From positions 5,952-69,951 of the forward strand of contig JAILEU010000137.1 in assembly GCA_024697785.1 (NCBI GenBank): DNA of 64,000 bases, in the 5' to 3' direction. The notes under the pieces are model-generated. The model saw only the letters and a list, made by a program, of their open reading frames with translations. It made no database searches and was not told where the DNA came from. The position numbers and the translations under genes are program-made. Position 1 is the stretch's first letter; each line of letters starts with the position of its first letter. Shown in pieces: positions 36,332 to 46,671 of the stretch. The stretch comes from Bacteroidaceae bacterium. GTDB lineage: Bacteria; Bacteroidota; Bacteroidia; Bacteroidales; Bacteroidaceae.

Positions 36332-38140
36332 TTGATTGTCTGCATAGCCGAAAAGCCAAGTGTGGCACATGATATCGCAAAGGTGCTGGGTGCAACCACC
36401 CGCCGCCAGGGTTACGACGAAGGGAACGGGTATCAGGTGACCTGGACCTACGGTCACCTCTGCACCCTGAAGGAGCCTCACGACTATTTTCCTCAATGGA
36501 AGGCTTGGTCGCTGGCCGCCCTGCCGATGGTGCCCCCGCGCTTCGGCATCAAGCTCATCGACAACGACGGCATCCGCAAACAGTTCGCCGTCATTGAGAA
36601 CCTCATGCAACACGCCGACATGATCATCAACTGCGGCGATGCAGGCCAGGAGGGTGAGCTCATCCAGCGCTGGGTGATGCAGAAGGCTGCCGCCACCTGC
36701 CCCGTCAAGCGCCTCTGGATATCGTCGCTCACGGAGGAGGCCATTCGCGAGGGCTTTAACACCCTCCACGAAGCCTCCGACTACCAGCGCCTCTACGAAG
36801 CCGGCCTCTGCCGCGCCATCGGCGACTGGCTGCTCGGCATGAACGCCACACGCCTCTATACGCTCAAGTACGGACAGAACCGTCAGGTACTCTCCATCGG
36901 ACGCGTACAAACGCCCACCCTTGCCCTCATCGTCCGTCGCTTCGAAGAAATAGCGAACTTCAAACCCGAACAGTATTGGGAGCTGAAGACCACCTACCGC
37001 GACACCGTCTTCAACTCCACCAGAGGACGCCTCAAGTCGCAGGAGGAAGGCCTACAGCTCATCGAAGCCATTAAGGACCAGCCCTTCACCATCACCGACG
37101 TTGCGAAAAAAGAGGGCCGCGAAGCTCCACCACGTCTGCTCGACCTCACCTCGCTGCAGGTGGAGTGCAACAAGAAATTCGGTTTCTCGGCCGACACCAC
37201 CCTCAATCTCATCCAGAGCCTCTACGAGAAGAAGGTCACCACCTATCCACGCGTCGACACCACCTTTCTGCCCGATGACGTTTATCCCAAATGCCATACC
37301 ATCCTCAACGGTCTCGCCGACTATCAGCCTCTCCTCGCCCCCTTGCGTGGCAAGCCCCTGAAGAAGTCGAAGAAGGTGTTCGACAACGCTAAGGTCACCG
37401 ACCACCACGCCATCATTCCTACCGGCGTCAACCCCACGAACCTCAGCGACATAGAGCGCAAAGTATTCGATCTCGTCGCCCGCCACTTCATCGCCGTATT
37501 CTTTCCCGACTGCCTCTTTGCCACCACCACCGTGCAAGGACGAGCAGGCGACATTGACTTCAAGACCTCGGGAAAAACCATCCTCGACTCAGGTTGGCGT
37601 GCCGTGATGGACGACCCCAAGGGCAACAACGACTCCAAGGACACAAAAGAATCCAATGATCCTAACGATGCCCCCGAGCGCACCCTTCCTCTCTTCACGC
37701 AGGGCGAAAGCGGTCCGCACATTCCTGACCTTCAGGAGAAATGGACACAGCCGCCCAAGCCCTACACCGAAGCGACCCTGCTCCGTGCGATGGAGACAGC
37801 GGGCAAAACCGTCGAGGACGAAGAACTTCGCGATGCTCTCAAAGAGAACGGCATCGGCCGCCCCTCCACCCGTGCGGCCATTATCGAGACACTCTTCAAA
37901 CGTAATTACATCGTACGCGAGCGCAAAAGCCTCCAACCCACCCAGACAGGTGTTGACCTCATCCACATCATTCACGAAGAGGTACTGAAAAGCGCAGAGC
38001 TGACAGGCATCTGGGAGAAACACCTGCGCGACATTGAGCGCGGCACCTACGAGCCTCGCCAGTTCCTCGATGAACTCAAGGCCATGCTTGGCGGCATCAT
38101 CACTCAAGTGCTCAGCGACACCTCCAACCGCCGCATCTAG
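36332..38140 (+). CDS. topB: DNA topoisomerase III (type IA)
   Basis: 602-aa ORF (TTG start) with a TOPRIM N-terminus IAEKPSVA...VTWTYGHL, DAGQEGELI, and the active-site tyrosine block VTTYPRVDTTFLP. Confidence 0.9.
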   Translation: MIVCIAEKPSVAHDIAKVLGATTRRQGYDEGNGYQVTWTYGHLCTLKEPHDYFPQWKAWSLAALPMVPPRFGIKLIDNDGIRKQFAVIENLMQHADMIINCGDAGQEGELIQRWVMQKAAATCPVKRLWISSLTEEAIREGFNTLHEASDYQRLYEAGLCRAIGDWLLGMNATRLYTLKYGQNRQVLSIGRVQTPTLALIVRRFEEIANFKPEQYWELKTTYRDTVFNSTRGRLKSQEEGLQLIEAIKDQPFTITDVAKKEGREAPPRLLDLTSLQVECNKKFGFSADTTLNLIQSLYEKKVTTYPRVDTTFLPDDVYPKCHTILNGLADYQPLLAPLRGKPLKKSKKVFDNAKVTDHHAIIPTGVNPTNLSDIERKVFDLVARHFIAVFFPDCLFATTTVQGRAGDIDFKTSGKTILDSGWRAVMDDPKGNNDSKDTKESNDPNDAPERTLPLFTQGESGPHIPDLQEKWTQPPKPYTEATLLRAMETAGKTVEDEELRDALKENGIGRPSTRAAIIETLFKRNYIVRERKSLQPTQTGVDLIHIIHEEVLKSAELTGIWEKHLRDIERGTYEPRQFLDELKAMLGGIITQVLSDTSNRRI

Positions 38141-38143
38141 TGA

Positions 38144-38189
38144 TTCCTATAGTTCCTATAGTGCCTATAGTACCTATAGAACCTATAGC
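38144..38189. repeat. CCTATAG 9-bp word array (5 units, spacer order mirrored relative to 35378-35422)
   Basis: ttcctatagttcctatagtgcctatagtacctatagaacctatag, directly after the topB stop. Confidence 0.9.
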
Positions 38190-38262
38190 CCATATAACCT
38201 TTCCTTTCTATAAAACCCTTCCGCCACACAATAATTCACGCGTGCGTGCGTTTATTAAGAGG

Positions 38263-40344
38263 ATGAAGAAGCATGCCCAGCAGATTTTTCTTCTCCTCAT
38301 CCTGTTCCTGATGACAGGATGCGGTGTGGAATCGGCCTTACGCAAGGCCGACAAACACTATGCCTTGGGCGAATACAACGAAGCCGCAACCTTCTACAAG
38401 AAAGCCTATAACGGAACGAAGGCCAAGGACAAGAAACGTCGCGCCGAAGAGTCGTTCATGATGGGCGAGTGCTACCGCCGCATCGGCAACATCGGCAAGG
38501 CTCTGGGAGCCTACAAGAATGCCGTCCGCTACAACCACTCCGACAGCACCGCCCTGCTGCATCTGGCCAACATACAGCTGCAAAGCGGCGACGTCAAGAA
38601 TGCCGCTCAGAACTACGAGCTTTTTCTCGAAAAGCTCAACAAGGCCATAAGCCTCCAAACCACCGATTCAGTCGGCGAACAAGATGCCAGAAAGACAGCT
38701 GACCTGAAGCTACTGGCGCAGAACGGCCTACAGTCGTGCCGTCTGGCACCTGAATGGAAGAAAAACCCTACACGCTACATCGTCAAGCGGGCAGAGCTCT
38801 TCAACTCCCGCCGCAGCGAGTACAGCCCTGCCTTCGGCAACGACGACTACACCCAACTCTACTTCACTTCTACCCGCGACAAGGCCAAGGGTGAAGACAA
38901 AAGCCTCATCACGGGTGTCAAGGCGCCCGACATCTTCGTTGCCGCCAAGAACGAGCAGGGCAAATGGCAGAAGCCACAAGAGATTGAGGGCGACCTGAAT
39001 ACGGAGTTCGAGGACGGCGCCTGCCAGTTTTCGCCCGACTTCAAGACCATGTATCTCACACATTGTGCCACCGACGAGGCCTCTGCACGCCCGGCACAAA
39101 TCTACAAGTCGTCGCGCAGCGATGCTGCCTGGGGAAAAGCCACTGTCTGCGACTTCATATCCGACTCCATCTCCTCCTACGCCCACCCTGCCGTGAGCCC
39201 CGACGGTGAATGGCTCTACTTTGTCAGCGACATCGGCCTTGATGCCCAGGGCGGGTACGACATCTACCGCATCAGCATCAGCGGCGGAACGTTTGGAGGC
39301 ATTGAAAACCTCGGCCCCGACATCAACACCCCCGGCGACGAGCTCTTCCCCACCTTCCGTCCGAACGGCGACCTCTACTTCTCATCCAACGGCCATCCAG
39401 GCATGGGAGGGCTTGACATCTTCGTCGCCACGCCCGAGAACGTTCAGGAGACAAGCGGCAAGAGGCACATCAACGACCTCCCCCATTGGACGGTACGCAA
39501 TCTGCAGTTCCCCGTCAACTCGCCTCAGGACGATTTCGGCATGACGTTCGAAGGCCCCTACAACCGTGGATTCTTCTCCTCTAACCGCAACGACAAGCGC
39601 GGCTGGGATCACATCTACTCCTTCGAACTGCCCGAAACCATCCACCTCCTTACGGGCTGGGTGTATGAGAAAGACGGCTACGAGCTGACAGAAGGCATCG
39701 TCTATCTTATCGGCAATGACGGCACCAACGAGAAAATCAGCGTCAAAACCGATGGTTCGTTCGTGCAGCGCGTCACCCCCGGCGTCAGCTACGTTCTCCT
39801 CGGCACCTGCAAGGGATACCTCAACTACAAGCAGGAGCTCACCTGCGACAGCACCACCGAGGATCGCGAGTACGAGCTTCTGTTCCCCCTGTCGTCCATC
39901 ACGCGCCCCGTACTCATCGACAACATCTTCTACGAATTCGACAAAGCCACCCTCACCGAAGCCTCCACAGCGGCCCTCGACCAGTTGGTTAACCTGCTGA
40001 ACGACAACCCCAACGTCACCATTGAGCTTAGTGCCCATTGCGACTACAAGGGGCGCGACGAATACAACGAACGCCTTTCGCAACGCCGTGCCGAGAGCGT
40101 CGTCAACTACCTCATCGAACATGGCATCGACGCCGAACGCCTCACCCCCAAAGGCTACGGCGAAAGCCAGCCCAAACAGGTGCGCAAGAAACTAACAGAA
40201 AAGTACCCCTTCCTCCACGAAGGCGATGTGCTGACGGAGCAGTTCATCCTCGCCCTGCCCGAAGAGCAGCAGGAAATCTGCAACCAGCTTAACCGCCGCA
40301 CCGAGTTCAAGGTCCTACGAACCACCTATAAACTGTTTGAGTAG
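38263..40344 (+). CDS. OmpA-family lipoprotein with TPR, beta-propeller-like and carboxypeptidase-regulatory-like regions
   Basis: ATG 38263 gives MKKHAQQIFLLLILFLMTGC (lipobox). The C-terminal OmpA domain reads NIFYEFDKATLT...ELSAHCDYKGRDEYNERLSQRRAESV. The upstream part of the track ORF is translated repeat. Confidence 0.85.
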   Translation: MKKHAQQIFLLLILFLMTGCGVESALRKADKHYALGEYNEAATFYKKAYNGTKAKDKKRRAEESFMMGECYRRIGNIGKALGAYKNAVRYNHSDSTALLHLANIQLQSGDVKNAAQNYELFLEKLNKAISLQTTDSVGEQDARKTADLKLLAQNGLQSCRLAPEWKKNPTRYIVKRAELFNSRRSEYSPAFGNDDYTQLYFTSTRDKAKGEDKSLITGVKAPDIFVAAKNEQGKWQKPQEIEGDLNTEFEDGACQFSPDFKTMYLTHCATDEASARPAQIYKSSRSDAAWGKATVCDFISDSISSYAHPAVSPDGEWLYFVSDIGLDAQGGYDIYRISISGGTFGGIENLGPDINTPGDELFPTFRPNGDLYFSSNGHPGMGGLDIFVATPENVQETSGKRHINDLPHWTVRNLQFPVNSPQDDFGMTFEGPYNRGFFSSNRNDKRGWDHIYSFELPETIHLLTGWVYEKDGYELTEGIVYLIGNDGTNEKISVKTDGSFVQRVTPGVSYVLLGTCKGYLNYKQELTCDSTTEDREYELLFPLSSITRPVLIDNIFYEFDKATLTEASTAALDQLVNLLNDNPNVTIELSAHCDYKGRDEYNERLSQRRAESVVNYLIEHGIDAERLTPKGYGESQPKQVRKKLTEKYPFLHEGDVLTEQFILALPEEQQEICNQLNRRTEFKVLRTTYKLFE

Positions 40345-40429
40345 AAGGCGGGATAAAAAGAGAGGACTCAACTTCCAAAACTTAAGAAAAAGTTTTCGTT
40401 TTTCGTTTTCGTTTTTAGAGGAAAAGCCG

Positions 40430-40437
40430 TATATTTG
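40430..40437 (+). promoter_or_regulatory. -7 box TATATTTG upstream of GH20 gene
   Basis: TAnnTTTG 62 nt upstream of ATG 40499, embedded in GAAAAGCCGTATATTTG, which is nearly identical to 5621-5638. Confidence 0.5.
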
Positions 40438-40498
40438 TCGCTGAATGACGTCCATGACAAAACCAATCATCAACAATAATTAAATCATCTTCAAGATT

Positions 40499-42049
40499 AT
40501 GAAATCATTACGAGCCATTTCAGTCTTTCTTTGCATGGCAATAATGACGCTGTTGCTGGCCTCGTGCGGCAAGACCGTCAAGTGCGAATCCATCGACATC
40601 ATCCCCCGCCCCATCAGCGTGGAAATCGAGAACGGCACCTTCAAACTGCGCCTCGCCAAGGGCGAATGTGTCTGCAAAGCCCTCGACAACATTCCCGTCA
40701 CGGACGACAAGACGTTGGGCGCAGAGGCCTACACCCTCGTCATCGGCAAGAAGGGCATCACCATCAGCGCTTCCACCCCTGCCGGCGCTTTCTATGCCCG
40801 CCAGACGCTGCGTCAGATGATTCCCGCCGAGGCCATTACCGACAAGACGGTGACGGCTGTCGTGCTCCCCTGCTGCACCATTAAGGATGCGCCCCATTTC
40901 GCCTATCGCGGCGCCCACCTCGACGTCTGCCGTCACTTCTTCAGCGTCGATGAGGTGAAGACCTATCTCGACATCCTTGCCCTGCATAAAATCAACCGCT
41001 TCCACTTCCACCTTACTGAGGATCAGGGGTGGCGCATCGAAATAAAGGCCTATCCGCAGCTTACCCAGGTCGGCGCATACCGCGACGGCACGATGGTGGG
41101 CAAGAACTGGAACTCCGACGACGGCATCCGCTACGGAGGCTTCTACACGCAGGAAGAGGTCAAGGACATCGTCAAGTATGCTGCCGACCGCTTCATTACC
41201 GTCATTCCGGAAATTGAGATTCCCGGCCACGCCCTTGCTGCCCTTGCATCCATTCCCGAGCTGGGATGCCGCGGCGACCACTACGAGGTATCCAAGACGT
41301 GGGGCGTCTTCCCCGAAGTGTTCTGCCCGGGCAAGGAGGAGACCTTCAAATTCTGGGAGACGGTGCTCACAGAGGTCATGGAGCTCTTCCCCTCGAAATA
41401 CATCCACATTGGCGGCGACGAGTGCCCCAAGGACGAATGGAAAAAGTGCCCCCTCTGCCAGAAGCGCATCAAGGAGGAAGGCCTGAAGAACGAAGCTGAA
41501 CTGCAGAGTTACGTCACCCGTCGCGTCGAGCGGTTCCTTAACGACCACGGACGTCAGATTATCGGCTGGGACGAAATCCTCGAAGGCGGCGTCACCCCCA
41601 CCGCCACCATCATGAGCTGGCGGGGCACCGACGGAGGCATCGCCGCCGCACAGGCAGGCAACAAGGTTATCATGACACCCAACACTTACTGCTATCTCGA
41701 CTACTATCAGAGCCGCGACAAGCAGAACGAGCCTCTTGCCATCGGCGGCTATCTGCCCGTCGAGCAATGCTACAGTTTCGACCCCTACAACGGTCTTACC
41801 AAGGACCAGCAGCCATACATCATCGGCGTTCAGGGCAACCTCTGGACGGAGTACATCGCCACCTTCGACCACGTGGAGTACATGCTCCTGCCCCGCCTCA
41901 GCGCCCTTGCCGAAGTGGCGTGGACATATAGCGGAAAAGACTATGACGACTTCCTCCGCCGCCTCGGCCACCTGCGCACTTACTTCGACGCCTACGGCTG
42001 GAACTACGGCAAGCATGTTTTCAAGGCTCCCGAAACCTCTGCGGAATAA
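40499..42049 (+). CDS. GH20 beta-N-acetylhexosaminidase lipoprotein
   Basis: Lipobox LLLASC. GH20 blocks RGAHLDVCRHFF, HFHLTEDQGWRIEI, IPEIEIPGHA, HIGGDEC. Confidence 0.9.
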   Translation: MKSLRAISVFLCMAIMTLLLASCGKTVKCESIDIIPRPISVEIENGTFKLRLAKGECVCKALDNIPVTDDKTLGAEAYTLVIGKKGITISASTPAGAFYARQTLRQMIPAEAITDKTVTAVVLPCCTIKDAPHFAYRGAHLDVCRHFFSVDEVKTYLDILALHKINRFHFHLTEDQGWRIEIKAYPQLTQVGAYRDGTMVGKNWNSDDGIRYGGFYTQEEVKDIVKYAADRFITVIPEIEIPGHALAALASIPELGCRGDHYEVSKTWGVFPEVFCPGKEETFKFWETVLTEVMELFPSKYIHIGGDECPKDEWKKCPLCQKRIKEEGLKNEAELQSYVTRRVERFLNDHGRQIIGWDEILEGGVTPTATIMSWRGTDGGIAAAQAGNKVIMTPNTYCYLDYYQSRDKQNEPLAIGGYLPVEQCYSFDPYNGLTKDQQPYIIGVQGNLWTEYIATFDHVEYMLLPRLSALAEVAWTYSGKDYDDFLRRLGHLRTYFDAYGWNYGKHVFKAPETSAE

Positions 42050-42131
42050 CAGCCCCACCACCCTATTCAGCCAGCTCCGCACACTCTGTATATTCAAATC
42101 ATCAAACATAACTTAAACCACCAAAAACCAC

Positions 42132-43547
42132 ATGAAAAAACATCTTATTCTGGCACTTGCCCTCACAGCAGCGCTCTTCACCGGCTGCAAGAGCAGCGAG
42201 AAGCCCCTTTCGGGCAGTAACTGGCACGTCGAGGATGGCGTCATCGTCGTCAACGAACCTCAGCGCGCCGCAGGCCAGCAGAGCATGCTGGAATTCCGCG
42301 CCGATCCCATCCCCGTCGTCCGCGTAGGATTCGTCGGACTCGGCATGCGCGGCCCGGGTGCCGTCAGCCGCTTCACCCATATCGAAGGTGTGGAGATCAA
42401 GGCTCTCTGCGACAAATATGCCGACCGCGCCCATGCCTGCCAGCGCTATCTCATCAACGCCGGGATGCCCGAGGCTGCCGAGTACAGCGGCGAAGAGGGC
42501 TACAAGCAGCTTTGCGAACGCGACGACATCGACCTCGTTTACATCGCCACCAACTGGCAGACTCACGTCGAGATTGCCCTCTACGCTATGGAGCACGGCA
42601 AGCACGTCGCCATCGAAGTGCCCTCAGCCACCAGCATCGAGGACTGCTGGCGCCTCATCGACACCTCCGAGCGCACACGCAAGCATTGCATGATGCTCGA
42701 GAACTGCGTCTATGACTTCTTCGAGCTCACCTGCCTCAACATGGCTCAGAAGGGCGTCTTCGGCGAGATTCTCCACACCGAGGGTGCCTATATCCACAAC
42801 CTCGAGCCCTTCTGGGACGACTATGCCGACAACTGGCGCCTCGACTACAACCAGAAGCACGGCGGCGACGTCTATGCCACCCACGGCTTCGGCCCCTGCT
42901 GCCAGGCTCTTAACATCCATCGCGGCGACAAACTCGACTACCTCGTCAGCATGGCCACCAAGTCTGTCAACGGCCTCAAGATTGCTAAGAAGAAGATGGG
43001 CGTGAACGAGTTCGCCTGCGGCGACCACATCGTCACCCTCATCCAGACCCACAGCGGCAAGAGCATGGAGATCCAGCACAACGTCTTCACCCCGCGTCCC
43101 TACAACCGCCTCTATCAGCTCACCGGCACCGAAGGCTTCGCCAACAAATACCCCGTCAGCGGCCTCACCCTGCGCAACAGCCAGATTGACCGCAACGCCC
43201 TGCCCGACATTCCCCAGCTCGACGAACACGGCTTTGTGCCCGAGGCTGTCAAGAACGAACTGCTCCAGTACTACAAGCACCCCATCCATCAGGAGATTGA
43301 GGAGAAGGCCAAGCAGGTGGGCGGCCATGGCGGCATGGACTTCGTGATGGACTACCGCCTCATCTACTGCCTGCACAACGGTCTTCCCCTCGACCAGGAC
43401 GTCTATGACCTTGCCGAGTGGTGCGCCGTCAGCGAGCTCAGCGCCATCAGCCACGCCAACAAGTCGATGCCCGTCCGATTCCCCGACTTCACTCGCGGCG
43501 ACTGGAACAAGCTCAAGGGCCTCCACTTTTATATGAAAGGAGAATGA
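42132..43547 (+). CDS. GH109-like NAD-dependent alpha-N-acetylgalactosaminidase (Gfo/Idh/MocA fold) lipoprotein
   Basis: Lipobox ALFTGC. Rossmann block VRVGFVGLGMRG, followed by HCMMLENCVYDFFEL, HTEGAYIHNL and YATHGFGP, blocks I recall from GH109 enzymes. Confidence 0.75.
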   Translation: MKKHLILALALTAALFTGCKSSEKPLSGSNWHVEDGVIVVNEPQRAAGQQSMLEFRADPIPVVRVGFVGLGMRGPGAVSRFTHIEGVEIKALCDKYADRAHACQRYLINAGMPEAAEYSGEEGYKQLCERDDIDLVYIATNWQTHVEIALYAMEHGKHVAIEVPSATSIEDCWRLIDTSERTRKHCMMLENCVYDFFELTCLNMAQKGVFGEILHTEGAYIHNLEPFWDDYADNWRLDYNQKHGGDVYATHGFGPCCQALNIHRGDKLDYLVSMATKSVNGLKIAKKKMGVNEFACGDHIVTLIQTHSGKSMEIQHNVFTPRPYNRLYQLTGTEGFANKYPVSGLTLRNSQIDRNALPDIPQLDEHGFVPEAVKNELLQYYKHPIHQEIEEKAKQVGGHGGMDFVMDYRLIYCLHNGLPLDQDVYDLAEWCAVSELSAISHANKSMPVRFPDFTRGDWNKLKGLHFYMKGE

Positions 43548-43607
43548 TTCTTTAATTAAAAATTAAGAACTAAGAATTAAAGATAAAGAGTTAAGAGTTA
43601 ACAAGCT

Positions 43608-44696
43608 ATGACTCCGGAAAAAATATTCAACCAGTTCGCCTATGAGGGCGAGGTGAGCAGCATAAAGCCGCTGGGCGAAGGATTCATCAACGACACCTTC
43701 ATCGTCCGAACCGTCGACGATGCGACGCCCGACTATATTCTCCAGCGCAAGAACCACAACGTCTTCCCCGACGTCCCCGCCATGATGGACAACATCGTGA
43801 AGGTCACCGCCCACATGAAGTCTAAGATCATCCGTGCCGGCGGCGACCCCATGCGCGAGAGCCTCACCGTCGTCTTTGCCAAGGACGGCCTGCCCTACTA
43901 CTTCGATGCCGAAGAGGGCAACTACTGGGCCGTCTGCGTCTTCATCGCCGGCTCCGTCACCATCGACAACGCCACCTCGCTCGACCTCTGCTTCAAGGGC
44001 GGACAGGGCATCGGCCGCTTCCAGAAGATGCTTGCCGACTACCCCGACCCGCTCCACGAGACCATCAAGGGCTTCCACAACATCCGCTTCCGCTACGAAC
44101 AATGGGACGACACCCTGCGCCGCGACAAGCTGGGCCTCGTGAAGACCGTGCAAGAGGAAATCGGCTGGGTCGAAAGCCGCCGTCAGCAGATGCTCGACTT
44201 CTGGAAGATGGTCGAGGACGGCAGCCTGCCCATGCGTGTCACCCACAACGACACCAAGCTCTCCAACATCCTCTTCGACAAGAACGGCGACGTGCTCTGC
44301 GCCATCGACCTCGACACCTGCATGAGCAGCACCGCCCTTAACGACGTGGGCGACGCCCTCCGCAGCTACACCAACACCGGAGCCGAGGACGACCAGGACC
44401 TCAGCCGCGTCAGTATGGACATCGACCGCTTCCGCGCCTATGTCGCCGGCTATCTCAGCGAGATGAAGGATTCCCTAAACGACTGCGAGAAGGAGTGGCT
44501 GGCCTTCAGCGCCATCTACATCACCTTCGAGCAGGTGCTGCGATTCCTCATGGATTACATCGACGGTAGCACCTACTGGAAGATCCAGTACCCCACGCAC
44601 ACCCTTGTCCGCACCCAGGCCCAGTACCGTCTCCTCCAGTCCATGGAGGCGCAGTACCCCCAGATGCAGGCCATCGTACGCGAGCTTCTGTCATAG
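43608..44696 (+). CDS. APH-family phosphotransferase (N-acetylhexosamine-kinase-like)
   Basis: 362-aa ORF with the Brenner-type catalytic loop THNDTKLSNILFD and metal site IDLDT. It lies downstream of the GH20/GH109 genes. Confidence 0.7.
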   Translation: MTPEKIFNQFAYEGEVSSIKPLGEGFINDTFIVRTVDDATPDYILQRKNHNVFPDVPAMMDNIVKVTAHMKSKIIRAGGDPMRESLTVVFAKDGLPYYFDAEEGNYWAVCVFIAGSVTIDNATSLDLCFKGGQGIGRFQKMLADYPDPLHETIKGFHNIRFRYEQWDDTLRRDKLGLVKTVQEEIGWVESRRQQMLDFWKMVEDGSLPMRVTHNDTKLSNILFDKNGDVLCAIDLDTCMSSTALNDVGDALRSYTNTGAEDDQDLSRVSMDIDRFRAYVAGYLSEMKDSLNDCEKEWLAFSAIYITFEQVLRFLMDYIDGSTYWKIQYPTHTLVRTQAQYRLLQSMEAQYPQMQAIVRELLS

Positions 44697-44736
44697 GAAA
44701 CCGCTGGCGGATAACAAGGTAACCATTTCCCATCAG

Positions 44737-44775
44737 GGCCGACACCCATTGAGTGCCGGCCCTTTTTGGGTTTTC
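44737..44775 (+). terminator. rho-independent terminator after kinase-like gene
   Basis: gggccgacac..gagtgccggccc stem followed by tttttgggtttt. Confidence 0.6.
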
Positions 44776-44858
44776 TCAACAACTTTTTCACAAGTGATGC
44801 AACTTTTTGCATCGTCGTCACGTCTAATGTATGAAATGTCTTAAAAACCATAACGACT

Positions 44859-45176
44859 ATGATACTATCAACAACCCCAACCATCGAAGGTCGCCCCATC
44901 CGCGAGTACAAGGGAGTGGTGACGGGCGAGACCATCATCGGCGCCAACATCGTGAAGGACTTCTTTGCCAGCATCCGCGACGTTGTGGGCGGCCGCTCGG
45001 ACAGTTACGAACAAGTGCTGCGCGAGGCGAAGGACACATCGCTCAGAGAGATGTCGCATCGCGCCCAAGTGCTCGGAGCCAACGCCATCGTCGGCATCGA
45101 CATCGACTACGAAACCATCGGCAACAGCAACTCCATGCTGATGGTCGCCACCAGCGGCACAGCCGTCGTCATCTGA
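44859..45176 (+). CDS. ybjQ: YbjQ/UPF0145 family protein
   Basis: 105-aa [19 protein letters not shown]...GAN...D......RD..GGRS and [13 protein letters not shown] are typical of the family. Confidence 0.85.
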   Translation: MILSTTPTIEGRPIREYKGVVTGETIIGANIVKDFFASIRDVVGGRSDSYEQVLREAKDTSLREMSHRAQVLGANAIVGIDIDYETIGNSNSMLMVATSGTAVVI

Positions 45177-45220
45177 CCGCGCGCTTCATGCCACCGCCTT
45201 TGCGCGGTGGGATAACCATA

Positions 45221-45255
45221 GCCGACACTCAACGCCGAGTGCCGGCCATGTTATT
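45221..45255 (+). terminator. stem-loop after ybjQ (same hairpin family as 44737)
   Basis: gccgacactc aacgcc gagtgccggc followed by a T-rich stretch. The stem sequence is related to the hairpin at 44737-44762. Confidence 0.45.
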
Positions 45256-45311
45256 TGGGGAATAAAAAAAGGTTATAATAGGCGAAAAGAGGCAAAAAAA
45301 GCAACAGATAA

Positions 45312-45465
45312 AGGGAACGTTTTTCTATTCCAAGCAACGGTTTTTTAACAGCGCCGCTGTTTATTATAACGGCGGCGCTGTTAATATTGACGGCGGCGCT
45401 GTTAATATTAACGGCGGCGCTGTTAAAAAACCGTATCAAAGAATAGGAAAACCGTTTCCTTTACG
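45312..45465. repeat. palindromic spacer containing 21-bp x3 tandem repeat AACGGCGGCGCTGTTAATATT
   Basis: Outer arms are aagggaacgtttttctattc / gaataggaaaaccgtttcctt and aacggttttttaac / gttaaaaaaccg. Each inner unit is partly palindromic. Confidence 0.85.
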
Positions 45466-45576
45466 AGCAACGTGTTGACTTACTCGAATACATCTTTTCT
45501 TACTCGAATACAACTTTTCTTGTTTTCTTGCGCGAAACGCCATTGCATGTCGGACAGGCGATAGTGAAGGATGGGC

Positions 45577-46671
45577 TCAACGTTGCATGTCGAGCAGGCG
45601 GGCAGCGGCAGCGAAGGAGGTGAGCTCGCCGCGGAGGACCTGCTGCTCCATCTCGGCGATGGCGGCGGCTATGGCGGGGTTCTGGTAGAAGCGGTCGCGC
45701 AGGGTGTTGTTGATGGTTTCGTACATCCAGTACTTGGCCTGCTCGTTGCGGCGGTACTGGAAGTAGCCGTTCGCGCGGACAAAATCGATGTATTCATAGA
45801 CCATGTCCCATATCTCCTTGATGCCGAGGCCGTAGAAGCCGCTGTAGGTGAGCACGCGGGGTTCCCAGCCGCTTTCGGTGGCGGGGAAGAGGTGGAGGGC
45901 GTTGCGGAAGTGGCGGGCAGCCAGCTCGGCGCGCTGGATGTTGTCGCCGTCGGCCTTGTTGATGATGATGCCGTCGGCCATTTCCATGATGCCGCGCTTG
46001 ATGCCCTGCAGCTCATCGCCCGTGCCCGCCAGCTGGATGAGGAGGAAGAAATCGACCATCGAGTGGCAGGCGGTCTCGCTCTGCCCCACGCCGACGGTCT
46101 CGACGAAGATTTTGTCGTAGCCGGCCGCCTCGCAGAGGACGATGGTCTCACGCGTCTTGCGGGCCACGCCGCCCAATGAACCGGCGGCTGGGGAAGGGCG
46201 GATGAAGGCCTTGGGATGGACAGAGAGCTTCTCCATGCGGGTCTTGTCGCCGAGGATGCTGCCCTTGGTGCGCTCGGAGCTGGGGTCGATGGCGAGGACG
46301 GCGAGTTTGCCGCCGTACTGCTCAAGGACGTGGAGGCCGAAGACGTCGATGCTTGTGCTCTTGCCGGCGCCAGGAACGCCGCTGATGCCGATGCGGACAG
46401 ACTGGCCGGTGAAGGGGAGGCACTTCTCAATCACCTCCTGGGCGACGGCCTGGTGCTCGGGCAACAGGCTCTCGACGAGGGTGACGGCCTGCGAGAGAAT
46501 GGTGACGTCGCCTTTGAGGATGCCTTCGACGTACTCGGCAGCCGTCATCTGGCGGCGTTTGGCACGGCGGAAGTAGGGGTTGACACGCTCGGGCTGCTCG
46601 ATGCCGGCATTAACGGTGAGGCCTTTGTATTCTGCTGAGTTTTCAGGATGATCCATGAGTGTTAGTTTCAT
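45577..46671 (-). CDS. meaB: methylmalonyl-CoA mutase-associated GTPase MeaB/ArgK
   Basis: P-loop GVPGAGKST, switch block VETVGVGQSE, NKAD box IINKADG. The start ATG overlaps the uvrA stop (ATGA at 46668-46671); an alternative ATG lies at 46656. Confidence 0.9.
   Translation of the reverse strand: MKLTLMDHPENSAEYKGLTVNAGIEQPERVNPYFRRAKRRQMTAAEYVEGILKGDVTILSQAVTLVESLLPEHQAVAQEVIEKCLPFTGQSVRIGISGVPGAGKSTSIDVFGLHVLEQYGGKLAVLAIDPSSERTKGSILGDKTRMEKLSVHPKAFIRPSPAAGSLGGVARKTRETIVLCEAAGYDKIFVETVGVGQSETACHSMVDFFLLIQLAGTGDELQGIKRGIMEMADGIIINKADGDNIQRAELAARHFRNALHLFPATESGWEPRVLTYSGFYGLGIKEIWDMVYEYIDFVRANGYFQYRRNEQAKYWMYETINNTLRDRFYQNPAIAAAIAEMEQQVLRGELTSFAAAARLLDMQR

Noticed and set aside
38140-38262. 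N-terminal extension MIPIVPIVPIVPIEP... of the OmpA-family ORF.
   Set aside because: It is the translation of the CCTATAG word array. A canonical lipoprotein signal starts at ATG 38263.
45340-45430. Three 21-bp direct repeats that at first glance looked CRISPR-like.
   Set aside because: The units are contiguous with no spacers, they are embedded in a larger palindrome, and no cas genes are present.
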